From the NCBI RefSeq assembly GCF_036321535.1, contig NC_087436.1:116624001-116688000 (forward strand): a stretch of DNA of 64,000 bases, read 5' to 3'. Below the pieces are notes generated by a model. The model had not been told where the DNA came from. It did not search any database and saw nothing but the letters and a program-made list of their open reading frames with translations. Positions 12,465 to 25,010 of the stretch are shown here, one piece after another (position 1 is the stretch's first letter; every line of letters begins with the position of its first letter). The position numbers and the translations under genes were made by a program. The stretch comes from Camelus dromedarius. Its lineage: Eukaryota.

Positions 12465-12690
12465 GCAACGTGAGCAGTGCTTAAAAAGCCGGATGGTCTG
12501 GGTTCTGACCCCCAGCCCCGCCATTTCCTGTTGATATTGGGAATGTTAACGGACCTCTCTGTGTCTCAGTTTCTCCATTTGCAAATGGTATACATAGGGT
12601 TGAAATGGAGCTGTCTGTTAAACACACTAACATAAAACACTCATAAGAGTGCCTGGAATGTTACAGCTATTACACAGCTATTAGCTATTA
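12465..12690 (+). mobile_element. MIR SINE
   Basis: GGTCTGGGTTCTGACCCCCAGCCCCGCCATTTCCT..ACCTCTCTGTGTCTCAGTTTCTCCATTTGCAAATGG..AGAGTGCCTGG. Confidence 0.8.
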
Positions 12691-12924
12691 CACTCTTAAA
12701 ATGATTTATTCCTATCCAATCTGGACTCCAATGGGCCTTATAGAAATACACATGATCAGGTATTCGGGTAGTCTTTGGAGTTTCTGTCTACAAGAGAGGT
12801 GGTTGGGAGTATTACACACTTAATGTCTCCAAGGTAGGGATCTCCGTGAGCTAATTTGGTGGAATAACAGTGTTTTTCTTTATTTGCTTATAAGACTTTC
12901 TGACTTTGGAATCTGTAAGTAAAA

Positions 12925-13091
12925 CTCATTGCTATGTTGAAATTCTAATGCTCAGTGTGATGGGATTTGGAGATGATGTCTTTGGGAGGTGCTTAAGCCA
13001 TGAGGATGGAGTTATCATGAATGGAATTGGAGCCCTTATAAGACACCCAGTCTATGATGCTTTGTTATAACAGCCTCAATGGATGAAGACA
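12925..13091 (+). mobile_element. MLT1A0-like LTR with internal deletion
   Basis: TATGTTGAAATTCTAA..TTTGGGAGGTG..CATGAGGATGGAG..CATGAATGGAATT..GCCCTTATAAG joined directly to the terminal CACCCAGTCTATGATGCTTTGTTATAACAGCC..AAGACA. Confidence 0.8.
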
Positions 13092-13969
13092 CTCATAAAG
13101 TATTAAGATTCCCAATTACTTAAATATAACCTAATTTTTGTTCAATAAGTTTTAGTAACTGCATTCCATTTGCCAAAGTATCAAGCTAGGTGTTTGTGTA
13201 GGGGACACACATAATTCTTGGCTATGTCATTCAGTCACTCATATCTCAAACCTACCCAATTATAGAAAAGTTCATTTAACTTCAAAATAGAGGATTCTTT
13301 TTTTCCCAAATGTAGGTAACTTTCAAACATTAAAAAGCTCAGCCTTGATCTGAGCAAAATTTTCAATTTTTTTAGTAAAAGTATTTTTTCAAAGTGAGTT
13401 CCAGGTCAACATCCCATCTCTCCTTTTTCAAGAGCTTGCATTGCATGTCTCAAGTGTCTGTGCCCCTTTGCGGCCCTTAAATCAGAGGTGACTTGTACCT
13501 CGTCTCAGTCCCCATCATGTTGTAACACCAGTGGACATGTTTCCCGCAAGTCCTAAGTCATGTTTTGAACTTGGAGAGAAGAATCTGACTGTTTGCCAGT
13601 ACATTTCTAGAACTGTATCATACTTATAGAACCTGGTTTTTGATGAGAAAACCTAGTGTTGTTAATCTTCCAAGAGAATATGTTGGATTTTTTTAAGGGC
13701 AGGTAATAAGTTGTTGAAATAAATCTCAAAGTTACGATGTTCTTTTTGAGAGTATTCTTAGAGCATTTTTTGGTAAGTGCCCCTCATGAATGAAGGGCTG
13801 AATGGCATATATGGAACACAAGACATCAAATAAGGGCACAGCCATCATATAGAACTAAGTTTTAATTTCAGGTTTTTAATTGAATCAAATCACAGCTATC
13901 AGGGAGGAAATTAAATTCTCCTAGTGTCTGAAAGGTTAGCCTGTAGCCTGAGCCAATGTGGCATTGCTG

Positions 13970-14110
13970 GATGAAACAACCTGGGTGGGGACCCTGACTG
14001 CACCTCTTCTGTCTGTAACCTTGGGCAGCCTCACTTGACCTCTCTGAGCTACTCATCCTTCGCATATCTGAACTAAGAAAAATACCGTCTCTAAGGAGTG
14101 TGATGTGGGC
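13970..14110 (+). mobile_element. MIR SINE fragment
   Basis: CTGTAACCTTGGGCAGCCTCACTTGACCTCTCTGAGC. Confidence 0.65.
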
Positions 14111-14619
14111 CCTTCAAATGTTAGCCCATCCTCCCCAAAAGAGAACAAATCAAAACAAAACAAAAAAAACCTTTTCATTCTGCACCTGGCATTTAGGCTA
14201 AAAACAATTATTTCCCCCAGTGCTGGCCCCCTCATTGGTGAAGTTGAGTACACAAGCAAATGTGCTCTGGCAAAGCAGAATGTTTTTTCAGCTGAAATGG
14301 TGGTGGTTCAATTAACTTAGCAGTTTGCAAAGAAGATTCATTCAAAACACTGAAAAGCAAACATTGGCAAAATGGAAAGTTATTTCCTAGCTTGCTTTGA
14401 AGATATTTTAAACACTGAAGCTCAACAGAAAAAGAGATATAAGACAGCTTCTTGGTCCAACCAGAGTAGAAGTAGACTCAGATCGAATTAATTCACATAG
14501 AAACAAGGGTGTTTCCCACTTGGGTTGTGTGGCTCTATGTTCCTGTTTACCAAGATGCAGGGTTCTGGGTCCAGGCATTCCCTCATGATCACTTATTCTT
14601 CTATGTAATATTTATCCTA

Positions 14620-15079
<460 letters not shown>

Positions 15080-15674
15080 AATGCTTTATTCTAGCCCTTG
15101 CCCCCTCTACTTGACCAAGAGCCACCTGAAGGCAGAATGTCTTAACTCTAAATCGAAAAGAGTGAATAGCACATGGGCAGGTGGTCAGAAAGAAAGCAGA
15201 AATAACAAGCTTACATGTTAGTCAAGGGCTAACAAATCAGCCATATTGGCTGGGCTGGAGTCAAGACATCAGGTTTTAGTCCTGGCTCCAATGCATGGAA
15301 AAGTCACCCATCACCTTTCTGCCCCAGTTTTTCACCTGTGAAATGAGAATTACGTCTCCTAGGTCAGAAACTAGGTATGAGATCAGGTATGCCCTGTTAA
15401 GAGTGGAACACCTGAATGTTGCTGGATCTCTTCCTCTTAATAATCATATGATGGACACTGACAGCAAAGGGGGGAGGGGGAGTCAATGACAAAAAAATAT
15501 AAAATCAAAGAAACCTCTGTTGAGCATCTACAGGGTATAGGTCCTTCCATGCACCAAGGCAAACTAGCCTGGGGCTCACTCTTTGGTTCCTGCAATGGCC
15601 ACCCTGGTGCTTGCATGAAACTGGGAGTGAGTGCCTCCTTCCATGCTTCTTGCCACCTGCCTGCTGAGGCTCCT

Positions 15675-16082
15675 ATATCTGTGGTCTCAGGCTGCCCTAA
15701 CCAATGATTACAAACTGGGTGGTTTACAACACAAAGTTATTATCCTATCACAGATTTGGAGGCTGGAAATCCAAAACCAAGATGTCACAAGGCCTCGTTC
15801 CCTCCAGAGTCTCTGGGTAAGAATGCTCCTTGCTTCTCTCGGCTTCTGGTGTCTCCAGGTGTTCATGGACTGTGGCTGCATCACTCCAATCTCTGCCTCT
15901 ATCTTTGCACAACTGTCCCCTCTTCTTCTGTGTGTCTGGTTTTAGGACAGTTGTCATTGGATTTAGGGATCACCTGGGTAATCCAGGACCTTTAATGAGA
16001 TCTGCAAAGATTCTCATCCACTCACAGTCTCTGGGGACTAGGACATGCTCATATATTTTGGGGGGTCACCACTTAACTCAGT
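15675..16082 (-). mobile_element. MaLR solo LTR, MLT1C/D-like
   Basis: GGCTGCCCTAAC..CAAACTGGGTGGTTTACAAC, GGAGGCTGGAAATCCAAAACCAAGATGTC, GGCTGCATCACTCCAATCTCTGCCTC, GTCATTGGATTTAGGG, ATCTGCAAAGA. Confidence 0.85.
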
Positions 16083-17260
16083 TCTCTTTTTCCCCTCTAA
16101 CCTCCTTCTCACACTTCTTTCCTAAATCCCTTGCTTTGCAACAACAAAAAGTCACCATTATGCATGCTTGCTAAAAGCAGAAACAGGGAGTCCTGTTAAG
16201 ATAGGGAAAATTCTCATTTTGATGGATGAGAATATTGACAAGACCTTATAATTCTCATTTGTGATTATAACACTCATCAAAAGTGTCATTAATTAATTTT
16301 AGACTGGAAACTCAATGAGGACAGGAACTGGCTCCCCTTAGAAGCATTAGCTCTAACACTGGCTCATTGGTGCTCAGAAAATGTCCCTTAAGTATATGGG
16401 TGGAGGGGGGTTGGGAAGTTAATATATCCCATTACACAGTTTCTAAGAGCATGGTCTAGGATCTACACTCACCTGTTGGGTTTAGACCAACAAGAGCATC
16501 CTAGGATGGAATGGGACTAGAAATCAGAAGAGCCAGATTCTGATCCTGTTGCCAAGTCCCAGTGTTTGCATCTGTAAAATGGGGAACTAATTCCTGTCCT
16601 GCCATTCCCCAAGCTCTTTATGATTTCTGGTGAGTGCATCCTAGGTCATTGGTTCTGAGCAGAAATACACAGAGGGCAAGAGGAGGAAATTACAAAAGGT
16701 AAGTAAGCCTGTTTGATAGACTTGAGCCAAATTATTTTGCACACTATCCTGACATTCAAATCCTCCTTCCTGCTGTCTTTCATGGGAAAGTCTTCCAGGA
16801 GGCACTGGAAAAGAGGAGATGAGGAGCCAGAGCCCCCATGCTCAGGAAGCCAGGCAAGGAGCCCAAGCCATGCTTTTCTCTGCAGCCAGATTCCTCCTCC
16901 TGCCTTATTTTCCTGTGGTGTGTGTAATATCAGCTTGCAGTGAGATGCAATTAAAATGTGTGCCATGGAGCGTGAGCATCTTTACATTCTAATTACAGGT
17001 TAATAGAATGGACCCAGAGAGATTGCTTAATTAATCTTGGAAGAAGATACGTATGTTTAACAATCTTTCAGTACAGGAGCTACATTCCCTCCAAGAAGAT
17101 TGTATTGAAAGGAGGTTAAATTCAGGTAGGGGATTTATTTTTGAGTGAATAGGTACTATCCACATCAAGCTCACCAAAACTTAGGGTCCACCAAATGTAT
17201 GTTCAACTCCAATTTGTGAGTACTGCTGGTATTGTGAAAGTGCTTAATGTCTCCCACCCT

Positions 17261-17986
17261 GAATGTAGTTTGGTGCAGCCATTATGGAAAACAGTATGGG
17301 GATTCCTAAAAAAACTAAAAATAGACTTACCATGTGATCCAGCAATCCCACTCCTGGGTATATATCTGGAGGGAACTCTAATTCAAAAAGGTACATGCAC
17401 CCTAATGTTCATAGCAGCACTATATGCAATAGCCAAGACATGGAAGCAACCTAAATGCCCATTAACTGATGACTGGATAAAGAAATTGTGGTATATGTAT
17501 ACAGTGGAATACTACTCAGCCATGAAAAGAATTTTTAAAAATGCCATTTGCAACAACATGAATAGACCTAGAGATCATCATTCTAAGTGAAGTAAGCCAG
17601 AAAGAGAAAGAAAAATACCATATGATATCACTCATATGTGGAATCTAAAAAAAAAAGAAAACAAAAAAGGACACTATGAACTTATCTACAAAACAGAAAC
17701 AGACTCCCAGACATAGTAAACAATCTTATGATTACTGGGGAAAGGGAATGGGGAGGGATAAATTTGAGAGTCTGAGATTTGCAAATGTTAGCCACTATAT
17801 ATAAAAATAGATTAAAAAATAAGTTTCTTCTGTATAGCACAGGGAACTATGTTCAATATCTTGTGGTGACTTTTAATAAAAAAGAATATGAAAATGAATG
17901 TACGTATGTATAGGCATGACTAAGACATTATGCTCTACACCAGAAACTGACACATTGTAACTGACAGTACTTCAATTTAAAAAAAA
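17261..17986 (+). mobile_element. 5'-truncated young lineage L1 (ORF2 C-terminus + 3' UTR)
   Basis: Translation [61 protein letters not shown] is the L1 ORF2 C-terminus; A tail; TSD TAAT(G/C)TCTCCCACCC at 17245-17259 and 17993-18007. Confidence 0.95.
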
Positions 17987-18109
17987 TCTCCATAATCTCT
18001 CCCACCCCAAATACACACGTTTTACATTTGAAACATTCATTCAGCACATAATTACTGAGTATATTCAACATATAATCATGGCCAGAAACCAATTATCTGA
18101 TACGTCAGC

Positions 18110-18400
18110 ATCATCTGAGTCCCTGATGGTGACCCTCCTGATCTACCACAGTCACCTCCTAAATAATGTCTCTTACTCACATTTCTCCCAGTCCTAATCT
18201 GAGCACCATTCTGTGAGGGCAGTGAACAGTTCAGTCTCATGATAATATCCTTCTGGTTTAACCACACAAGAGGTCCTCACTGCATGCAAAGTGAACTCAA
18301 AATCCCTCAATGTGATTTTCTAGATCTGTTGAAAGGTCTTGACCGCAGTTACTTGACCACATCATCTCCCATCTTCTCTCTGCTCCTTTCACCTCACAGG
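18110..18400 (+). mobile_element. L2 LINE fragment
   Basis: AGTCACCTCCTAAATAATGTCTC..CTCACTGCATGCAAAGTGAACTCAAAATCCCTCAATGTG. Confidence 0.55.
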
Positions 18401-18401
18401 T

Positions 18402-18583
18402 AGGGTGTTTCTCAGACTATGGGTTTATGTGCCACCTGAGTCAGAGTCACTGAGCTGATGAAAAGGTAAATGCTGGCCTCTGGGCCGGACAGGCTAAATC
18501 TGAAACCCCTGAAGGTAAATCCCAGAGATGTCTTTCTGTGAAGGATTCCAGGTAATTCTGACGCACTAAAGTAGGAAGACCTG
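18402..18583 (+). mobile_element. MER5A-like hAT-Charlie MITE (diverged)
   Basis: GTGTTTCTCAGACT..GCTAAATCTGAAACCCCTG..CCAGGTAATTCTGACGCACTAAAGT. Confidence 0.55.
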
Positions 18584-19120
18584 TGCTTGAGGAGTACAGA
18601 GCATTCAGCTCAATTCTGAAAGCTCCATTCTGTTTCTCACCTCTATAAACCTGCACTGATTTCCCTGCCAAGATGCCTCTTCCCCTCCTCTCTTATCAGT
18701 GAACTCCTCTCACCTTCCAAGTCCCCTCAAATGTCACCTCTTGGGAGGAAAATGTCTACTTCCTTCCATTTAGTGCTTACATGACTCTCCTTCCTTTTGG
18801 GCACCTCCCCTCTTTGCTCTCCATTTCCGTTTACAATATCCAGTGTGTTTTATTGAAGAGATTCATTTTCTTCACCATATCTCCAAGTTCTTGCAGAGAA
18901 AAAAAATTATTTGTCTCAAGATTTTCTGCTTGGAGCACAGGGACTTCTATCTTTGACATTCATAGAGTATCGATGTCCCTTGAAATTAGGACAATGATAA
19001 TGCGAATGTGACCGAGAACTAGAGAGAGTGTGGTTTGAAATGAAACTCCACCACAATTTTATGGGGAGAAGACTATGTAAGCCTTAGTTTCCCTATAAAA
19101 TTGGATTAATTTAACTTACT

Positions 19121-19706
19121 TGTAATAGATTTATTAATTTCTATTTTTTTTTAACTTTTTAAATATATTGTACTGGAGGTACCAGGGATTGAACCTGGGA
19201 CCTCGTGCCTGGTAAGCATGTGTTGTACTACTGAGCTATACGCAGCCCCCCAGTAGCTACAATTCTTCATCCTCCAAGTATTCACACCCTTTGCCTGCAA
19301 CTATGAAGTTCCTCACTAAAGAAGCACAACCTGTCCCCCTACCCTGTGTATCTGGACCAGCCTAGTGATAAGCTTTGGCCAATATAACATGAAAAATATA
19401 ATCCCAATGGAGGCTTGATAAAGCTCTAATACAGATCTGCTTGTACCCTTGCAGGTCTGCTACTACCGCTAGCACATCCTGGGGCTCACCTGCTGGAGGA
19501 TGAGAGGCACCTGGAGTAGACTCACTCGAACCAAAGTCTGGCTGGATCAGCCAATAACCAGCTGACCCTCAGACACGAGTGAGCTGGCTATGATCACCAG
19601 AACTGCCTTGTTTTCTCTCATCAAACTCCAGCAATAATCATCTCTTACAGTGGCTTTTGTAGCTTTGTGTTTTGCAGCATTATTACTGTCATAGATAACT
19701 GAAACA
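19121..19706 (+). mobile_element. MLT1H/I/J-like LTR, inserted in a MIR and interrupted by a SINE
   Basis: TGTAATAGATT start; ATTCACACCCTTTGCC, GCTTTGGCCAAT, CCTGCTGGAGGATGAGAG, CCAGCTGACC..CAGACACGAGTGAG; ends GCAGCATTATT..ATAGATAACTGAAACA. Confidence 0.75.
19138..19251 (-). mobile_element. Vic-1-like tRNA-derived SINE (short tail)
   Basis: TGGAGGTACCAGGGATTGAACCTGGGACCTCGTGC..AAGCATG..ACTACTGAGCTATAC is the reverse of the SINE head at 40127 and 40831. Confidence 0.9.
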
Positions 19707-20244
19707 TAAAACCACTGGGTTGTTGGAGCGATTAAATGGGCTGCATGCAAACATGTTTAGCTCAGCAGTTGGTATCCTTCAAGCTCTCGATTAATGGTAT
19801 TGTTGCAATTCTTGACATAGTTCCATGTTGTTTTCCATGAAGGTATCTTTGGGAATTTGGATCACAGTTTGTCCCTTTCCTGTTGGTTTGACTCCTTCCT
19901 CTTGGCCCATGGCATTAAATAGACCCTCAGTTTCTCATAAATATGGTCAAAGGAGCAGGAGGCTACTTTTAGACACCTCCCTTGGCATCTAGCAGAGCTT
20001 TCAAATCAACAGGTTCTGCAGATCACCTACTGTCCTTCATGGGAAGACTCATCGTTAAGTCAATAAATGTGTGTTGAGCCAATGTTATGTTCTGATGTAC
20101 TGTGGGTATAAAGACATACAAGACAGACAGTTCTTGCTTTCTTAGAGCAAACAGAATTTTGATATACTGGTGACTACACTTAGTCATTCTTTATTTCTTA
20201 ATTTATTCATTAACTCATTTAATTCATTTAACATTATTAAAGAC

Positions 20245-20428
20245 CCATTGGTACTGGGACTACAATAGGCACATTTCCCATTTTTTCAAAAGAAACTTCA
20301 ACGAATTCCTGATTTTTATGTAAAACTTCCAGATTTTGAAATATTGAACCAAATTGAAAAAAAAAAAACATTAAAGCTTTGTATGGGTCAAGGAAAAAAA
20401 AATCAAGGGCCACTGTTTGAGAAGCTGC
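20245..20428. mobile_element. MER103-like hAT-Charlie remnant
   Basis: GATTTTTATGTAAAACTTCCAGATTTTGAAATATTG..AAATT..TGGGTCAA..GGGCCACTGTTTGAGAAG. Confidence 0.5.
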
Positions 20429-21428
20429 TTTGTAACTCTCGTAGTTGAAATCATTGAAATCATCTATGTGCACTTTATCCCCCCTTTCAAATTATGAATC
20501 CATGTGAGAGATCAGTGGGTTCATCTTGGTGTCTCCCAGGTGTTCTGCACTGTGCTTTCAAGTCACAAGTGTCTATGAATCTTTATGAAATGGCTGGTGA
20601 GACACAGTCTCTGTATTTTAGGAATTACAAAGTAATCACAAAGATAAGACAGATAAGACATGTTCACAAATAACTATTACATGTTAATGCTTATGGTGAA
20701 GGTACAAACAACAAACATTGCTGTTTACTGAGTCCCTGCTATGTGCTAGGCTTTGTCTAAGTCTGGAGATATGCTCCTAATTTAATTATCCCAGAAATTC
20801 TGCAAAATGTTGAAACCCAGATGTCACTCGCCTAAGTATCCTTAAATGTTCTTGTCTTCTGAGGTCACATGTCCTGAAGTTTCAATAAAATAGCTTATAC
20901 CTCATTCTCCATAAAGTAGAGAACCCATCGTCTGCCATGAGAGGTCTAGTGACTTCACCTCCTATTCCATTCTAGCTCCAGTTTCCTTCCTCTGCTGGAC
21001 TGCAGGTCTCATTTCTGTCTCATTTCCTATAGTGGATTTGTTGTCATACAACTCAGATATCCAGACAGCCCCTTTCTCCTTTAGTTCTCCAAAGTGACCA
21101 CAAAATAAATACTTTTCAGAGATTACTGGAGGTTTGGGATTAACAGGTAAGGATTTTACTGAACACACCATAGAATGATATTCCTAAAATAATAAATATT
21201 TGGGCATACTTAGCCACTTTGCCTCGCATAATATTGGGGAAATCTCACTGGCGTCTTCTCATTCTTGATTACTTTCTATCATGTTGCGCAGGGCCCCCTC
21301 TCCAAGACAGCCTCAAATATCTTGAGCTCTGCTACTTCTACCACTTTTCCACAACTACTTCCAGCTTCTTTAGCTGCCCTCGGGAACTTCTAATTCCTGT
21401 GAAGTTCTTAGCAGAACATAACACTTCT

Positions 21429-21866
21429 TGTGATGGTTAATTGTATGCGTCAAATTGTCTGGGCTATGGTATCTACTTCTTTGGTCAAGCAGCAGTCTAA
21501 ATATTGTTATGAAAGTATTTTTAAATGGGATTAACATTTAACTCATTAGATGTTGAGTAAAGCAGATAATCCTTCATGATGTGGGTAGGCTTATTCCAAT
21601 TAGCTGAAAACCTTAAAGAGAAAAGACTGGTGTCCCCCAATGAGGAAGGATGCCTCCAGACTGCCTTTGGACTCAAGACTGCAACATCAACTCTTGGTAG
21701 AATTTCCAGGCTGCCCCCCTGAAGATTTTAGATTTGCCATATCCATAGCTGAATGAGCCAATTCTTTAAAATAAAATTCATATATATATGAATATGTGTA
21801 TGTGTATGTGTGTGTGTAAGAGAATGTGTGTCCTATTATTTCTGTTCCTCTAAGAACCTTAACTAT
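21429..21866 (+). mobile_element. ERVL solo LTR, MLT2C/D-like
   Basis: TGTGATGGTTAATTGTATGCGTCAA start, GATTAACATTTA, TGAGTAAAGCAGAT, AGAAAAGACTG, CCTCCAGACTGCCTTTGGACTCAAGACTGCAACATCAACTCTT, TGAGCCAATTCTTTAAAATAAA. Confidence 0.9.
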
Positions 21867-23522
21867 TTTGTCTTTGCTCTTCTATTTTGACATTGCCTTT
21901 GGGCAGAGGAAGTCATCAACTTTCACACCCAATTGGATCCATCAAGGCATATTGGTAAATATAGCCAACTAACCCTAAAGACACTTTTCCAGTCCTTAAG
22001 AAAGCAGAACAAAGTGTAGGAAGATGGTTGTTGAAGAGCATTTTCCCTCTTGAATACAGTTTCATTTTGCTTTGGTTTGCTGATTTGAAAGTAGAGAAAA
22101 TGAAAATCAGAGGGACTAGATCATTTCCTTCAAGCTATTCAACGGCCAGCCTGGACTTATGAATTTCAAAGTTCATGTTCCTCCACCCCACATCACTGCC
22201 CCAAAAATGTCAGAAGAACTAAGGGGGAAGACTGTTTTGCATCTTGGCTCAGTTAGGAAAAGCTTCACTGAGTGCTGCAAGCACAGGGGCTCTGAAGAGG
22301 GGGTTGTCTTTTCCAGGGATGGTGGGTGGGATGATGGCAGGAGGAAAGGCAGGGAGGTAAGGAAGTAAAATGTTTATTCAGGGAAATAGAAAATAAAGAT
22401 ATCTGGCTGGAATATAGAATTCACTCTGGGAATATTAGAATAGTTTGGAAAGCTAGAATGGGCATAGCCAGGGAAGAACTTGAATGCCAGGACAACAACT
22501 ACGGTGAAAAACTATCACAGGTATTCATAGTATTCACAGTCACAGGCCCCCTAACTCTGGTGTTACCTAGAAGAAAGGAAGCGAATAGCCTTAATTGCAC
22601 AGAAATCAAGACGATGACAAAGACATAATTCATAATTTGCAACCCCTCTCGCATATTAAACAACCTGCAAAGCGTATCAACTTGAAGGTCGTTTTTAGAT
22701 CGTGAAAAAGACACTTGGCAAAGTTAAATTGTTTTTCTCTCAAGCTTCCAAAAAACTCTGTGCCGATGTGTTACTGTCTGTCATCATGAAGACGCTACTG
22801 ACGAGGAACTGTCTAGAAACAGGTGAGATTTCAATGGGCCCTGCTCACCTGAAATTGCTCCCTCCAGCAGGGTGCTACCTGAATTCTCAGAGCTGCCGTT
22901 ACTTTCCTAAGCTCGAGGCTTTGACCCCTGGGAGATCCTCCTCTGCTTAGAATCCATTTTGTCTTCTCATTCCCCTTAAAAGAAGAGGCAATTGAATCAG
23001 ACAGTAATCAGGAGATGCAGGGTCTTCCAAGCCGCGGGAAAGGCACTGTCTGTCTTCATCCTGACATTTTCCCTCAGCTCTCTCTCCTCGAGCCTGGCCA
23101 CCATGTCACCCGTCAGCTTCTCATATTTACTGTGCTCGCTCCCCGTCACAGCACTGACTTTTCCACAGGTTGATCCCTCTGCCTGAAATGCTCTCCCTCC
23201 ACTCTTCTTTCCCATTTATTTCCTACTCATCATTCAGATTTGGTGAAAAGGCTGCATTTTACAGGAAACCCCTTCATGGTGGTTGGATGTGGGCAAGCCT
23301 CCTAGATTACACTAACATGGCAGCCTGTACAGGGGATTTCTCATCTCTGGCATCCCTCAGGGCCCTCGGCACACCTGTCTCCATCTGACTTCTTACTCTT
23401 CCTCCAGATCACTGGACGTGTGACCTGCTACCTGCTGCTCCCATCCCCACCAACACCCCACACTGACTGTTCTGGCTGCTTCTCCTTTGACTCACTCATT
23501 TTAAGCCAATTATATCACACAC

Positions 23523-24381
23523 TATGGTAGACAGATATCTTAGTGAGTTCAAGCAGCTATAACAGAATATCATAGATTGAGTGGCTTATAAACAGCAGAA
23601 ATCTATTTCTTATAACTCTGGGGGCTGAGTCCAAGATCAATGCACCAGCAGATTTAGTGTCTGGTGAGAGCCCCCTCCTTGGGTCACAGACTCCATCTTT
23701 AACCTCTGTCCTTACATGACAGAAGGGAAAAGGAGCTCCCGAGGTTTCTTTGATAAGGGCACTAATCCCATTCATGAGGACTCCAACCTCATGACCTAAT
23801 CATCTTCTAAAGACTCCACCTCCAATTACCTTCACCCGGGGGATTGGGTTTCTACATATGAATTTGGGGGGGAGGGGCAACTATTACATAACAATTTTAA
23901 TAGCAGTGATACCTACAAAGACAGTCTCATCTGAATCTGCAGAACCTTTGAATTTGTTATTTTACAAGACAAAAGGGACTGTACAGACTTATTAAAGATC
24001 TGAATCTAGAGAGATAATTCTGGATGTTCTTGGAGGGTACAGTGTAATTGCCCACCATGTGAAGGAGTGAAAAGAGGGAAGCAAATGACCCACAATCAGA
24101 AAAAGACACGTGGCAATAGAAGCAGAGCTTGGAGCGATGCACTTTGAAGATGGAGGAGGAGACCATGGGCCAACAAATGTGGGCAGCCTCTGGAATCTGG
24201 AAGAGGCAAAGAAGCAGATTCTTCTCACAGCCTCCAGAGGAACACCCTTTGATTTTAACCCAATGAGGCCAGGCTGTACTTCTGACCTCCAGAATAACAA
24301 GATAATAATCTTGTGTTGTTTTAAGCCACAAAGTATGTGGTGATTAGTTGCAACAGCAACAGCAACAGCAAATTGCACACA
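23523..24381 (+). mobile_element. MLT1D-like LTR (23523-23535 + 23906-24381), split by MLT1A0
   Basis: TATGGTAGACAGA start; resumes with CAAAGA..AGAACCTTTGAATTTGTTATTTTACAAGACAAAAGGGAC; CTTTGAAGATGGAGGA, CTTCTGACCTCCAGAA, TGTGTTGTTTTAAGCCAC. Confidence 0.85.
23536..23905 (-). mobile_element. MLT1A0-like solo LTR
   Basis: TATCTTAGT..GCTATAACAGAATATCATAGATTGAGTGGCTTATAAACA, GTCCAAGATCAA..CCAGCAGATTTAGTGTCTGGTGAGAG, ATAAGGGCACTAATCCCATTCATGAGG, ends TAGCA. Confidence 0.9.
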
Positions 24382-24649
24382 CAGCCTTGCTTCATTGTAA
24401 TATAACGTCTTTTCCCCATCACAAGGCTACGTCTTCTTAAGAAGAGGCATCCTGCCTTAGCCACTTTTGTATTCTCAGTTCATGTCCCAGCTAAACACAG
24501 GAGATACACGTTGGGTTTTTTTCTTAAACTAAATAAATGCATAAATAAATGAATCACTCAGTCTACCAAATTTACTCTTAAAGACATTTTTTTGTTGGTT
24601 TTGCTTGTTTAACTCTTTAAACATATTGAAAGTTTTCTTAAAATAATAA

Positions 24650-25010
24650 CATGCTTAGAGAGAAGAGCCAGTCTCATCTGCTGGACAGCTTGATGAATTT
24701 TCACAAAGTGCACACATCTGGCTAATCAACCTCCAGCTCAAGAAACAGAACATTAACTTGGCCTCCAGAGACCCTCACATCCCTGCTTCTGCTCAACGCT
24801 CACACCCCATTACCTTTCTAGCAGTTTGTACCACAATGTGCTTCTTTTTCAAATAATGCGTTCACATGGTGAAGAACTCAAATGTCCAAAAAATATATAC
24901 AGTGAAAAGTAAGCTGTTTTGACCTTATTCTATGCTGATTCTCCCCAGAAGCAACCATTGTTAACAACTTATTGTGAATCCTTTCTGAGACAACTTTTGT
25001 GTATGTCAGT
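24650..25010 (-). mobile_element. Ancient L1 (L1MC/ME-like) 3' UTR fragments
   Basis: ACAGCTTGATGAATTTTCACAAAGTGCACACA..TCAAGAAACAGAACATT; CTCCCCAGAAGCAACCATTGTTAACA. Confidence 0.6.

Noticed and set aside
13430..13570. p53 response element (GGACATGTTT and nearby CWWG cores)
   Set aside because: One perfect half site only; neighbouring cores are 9, 11 and 12 nt apart rather than 10, with mismatches
17195..17590. 131-aa ORF with real protein similarity
   Set aside because: C-terminal remnant of L1 ORF2 in a 5'-truncated copy; not a gene
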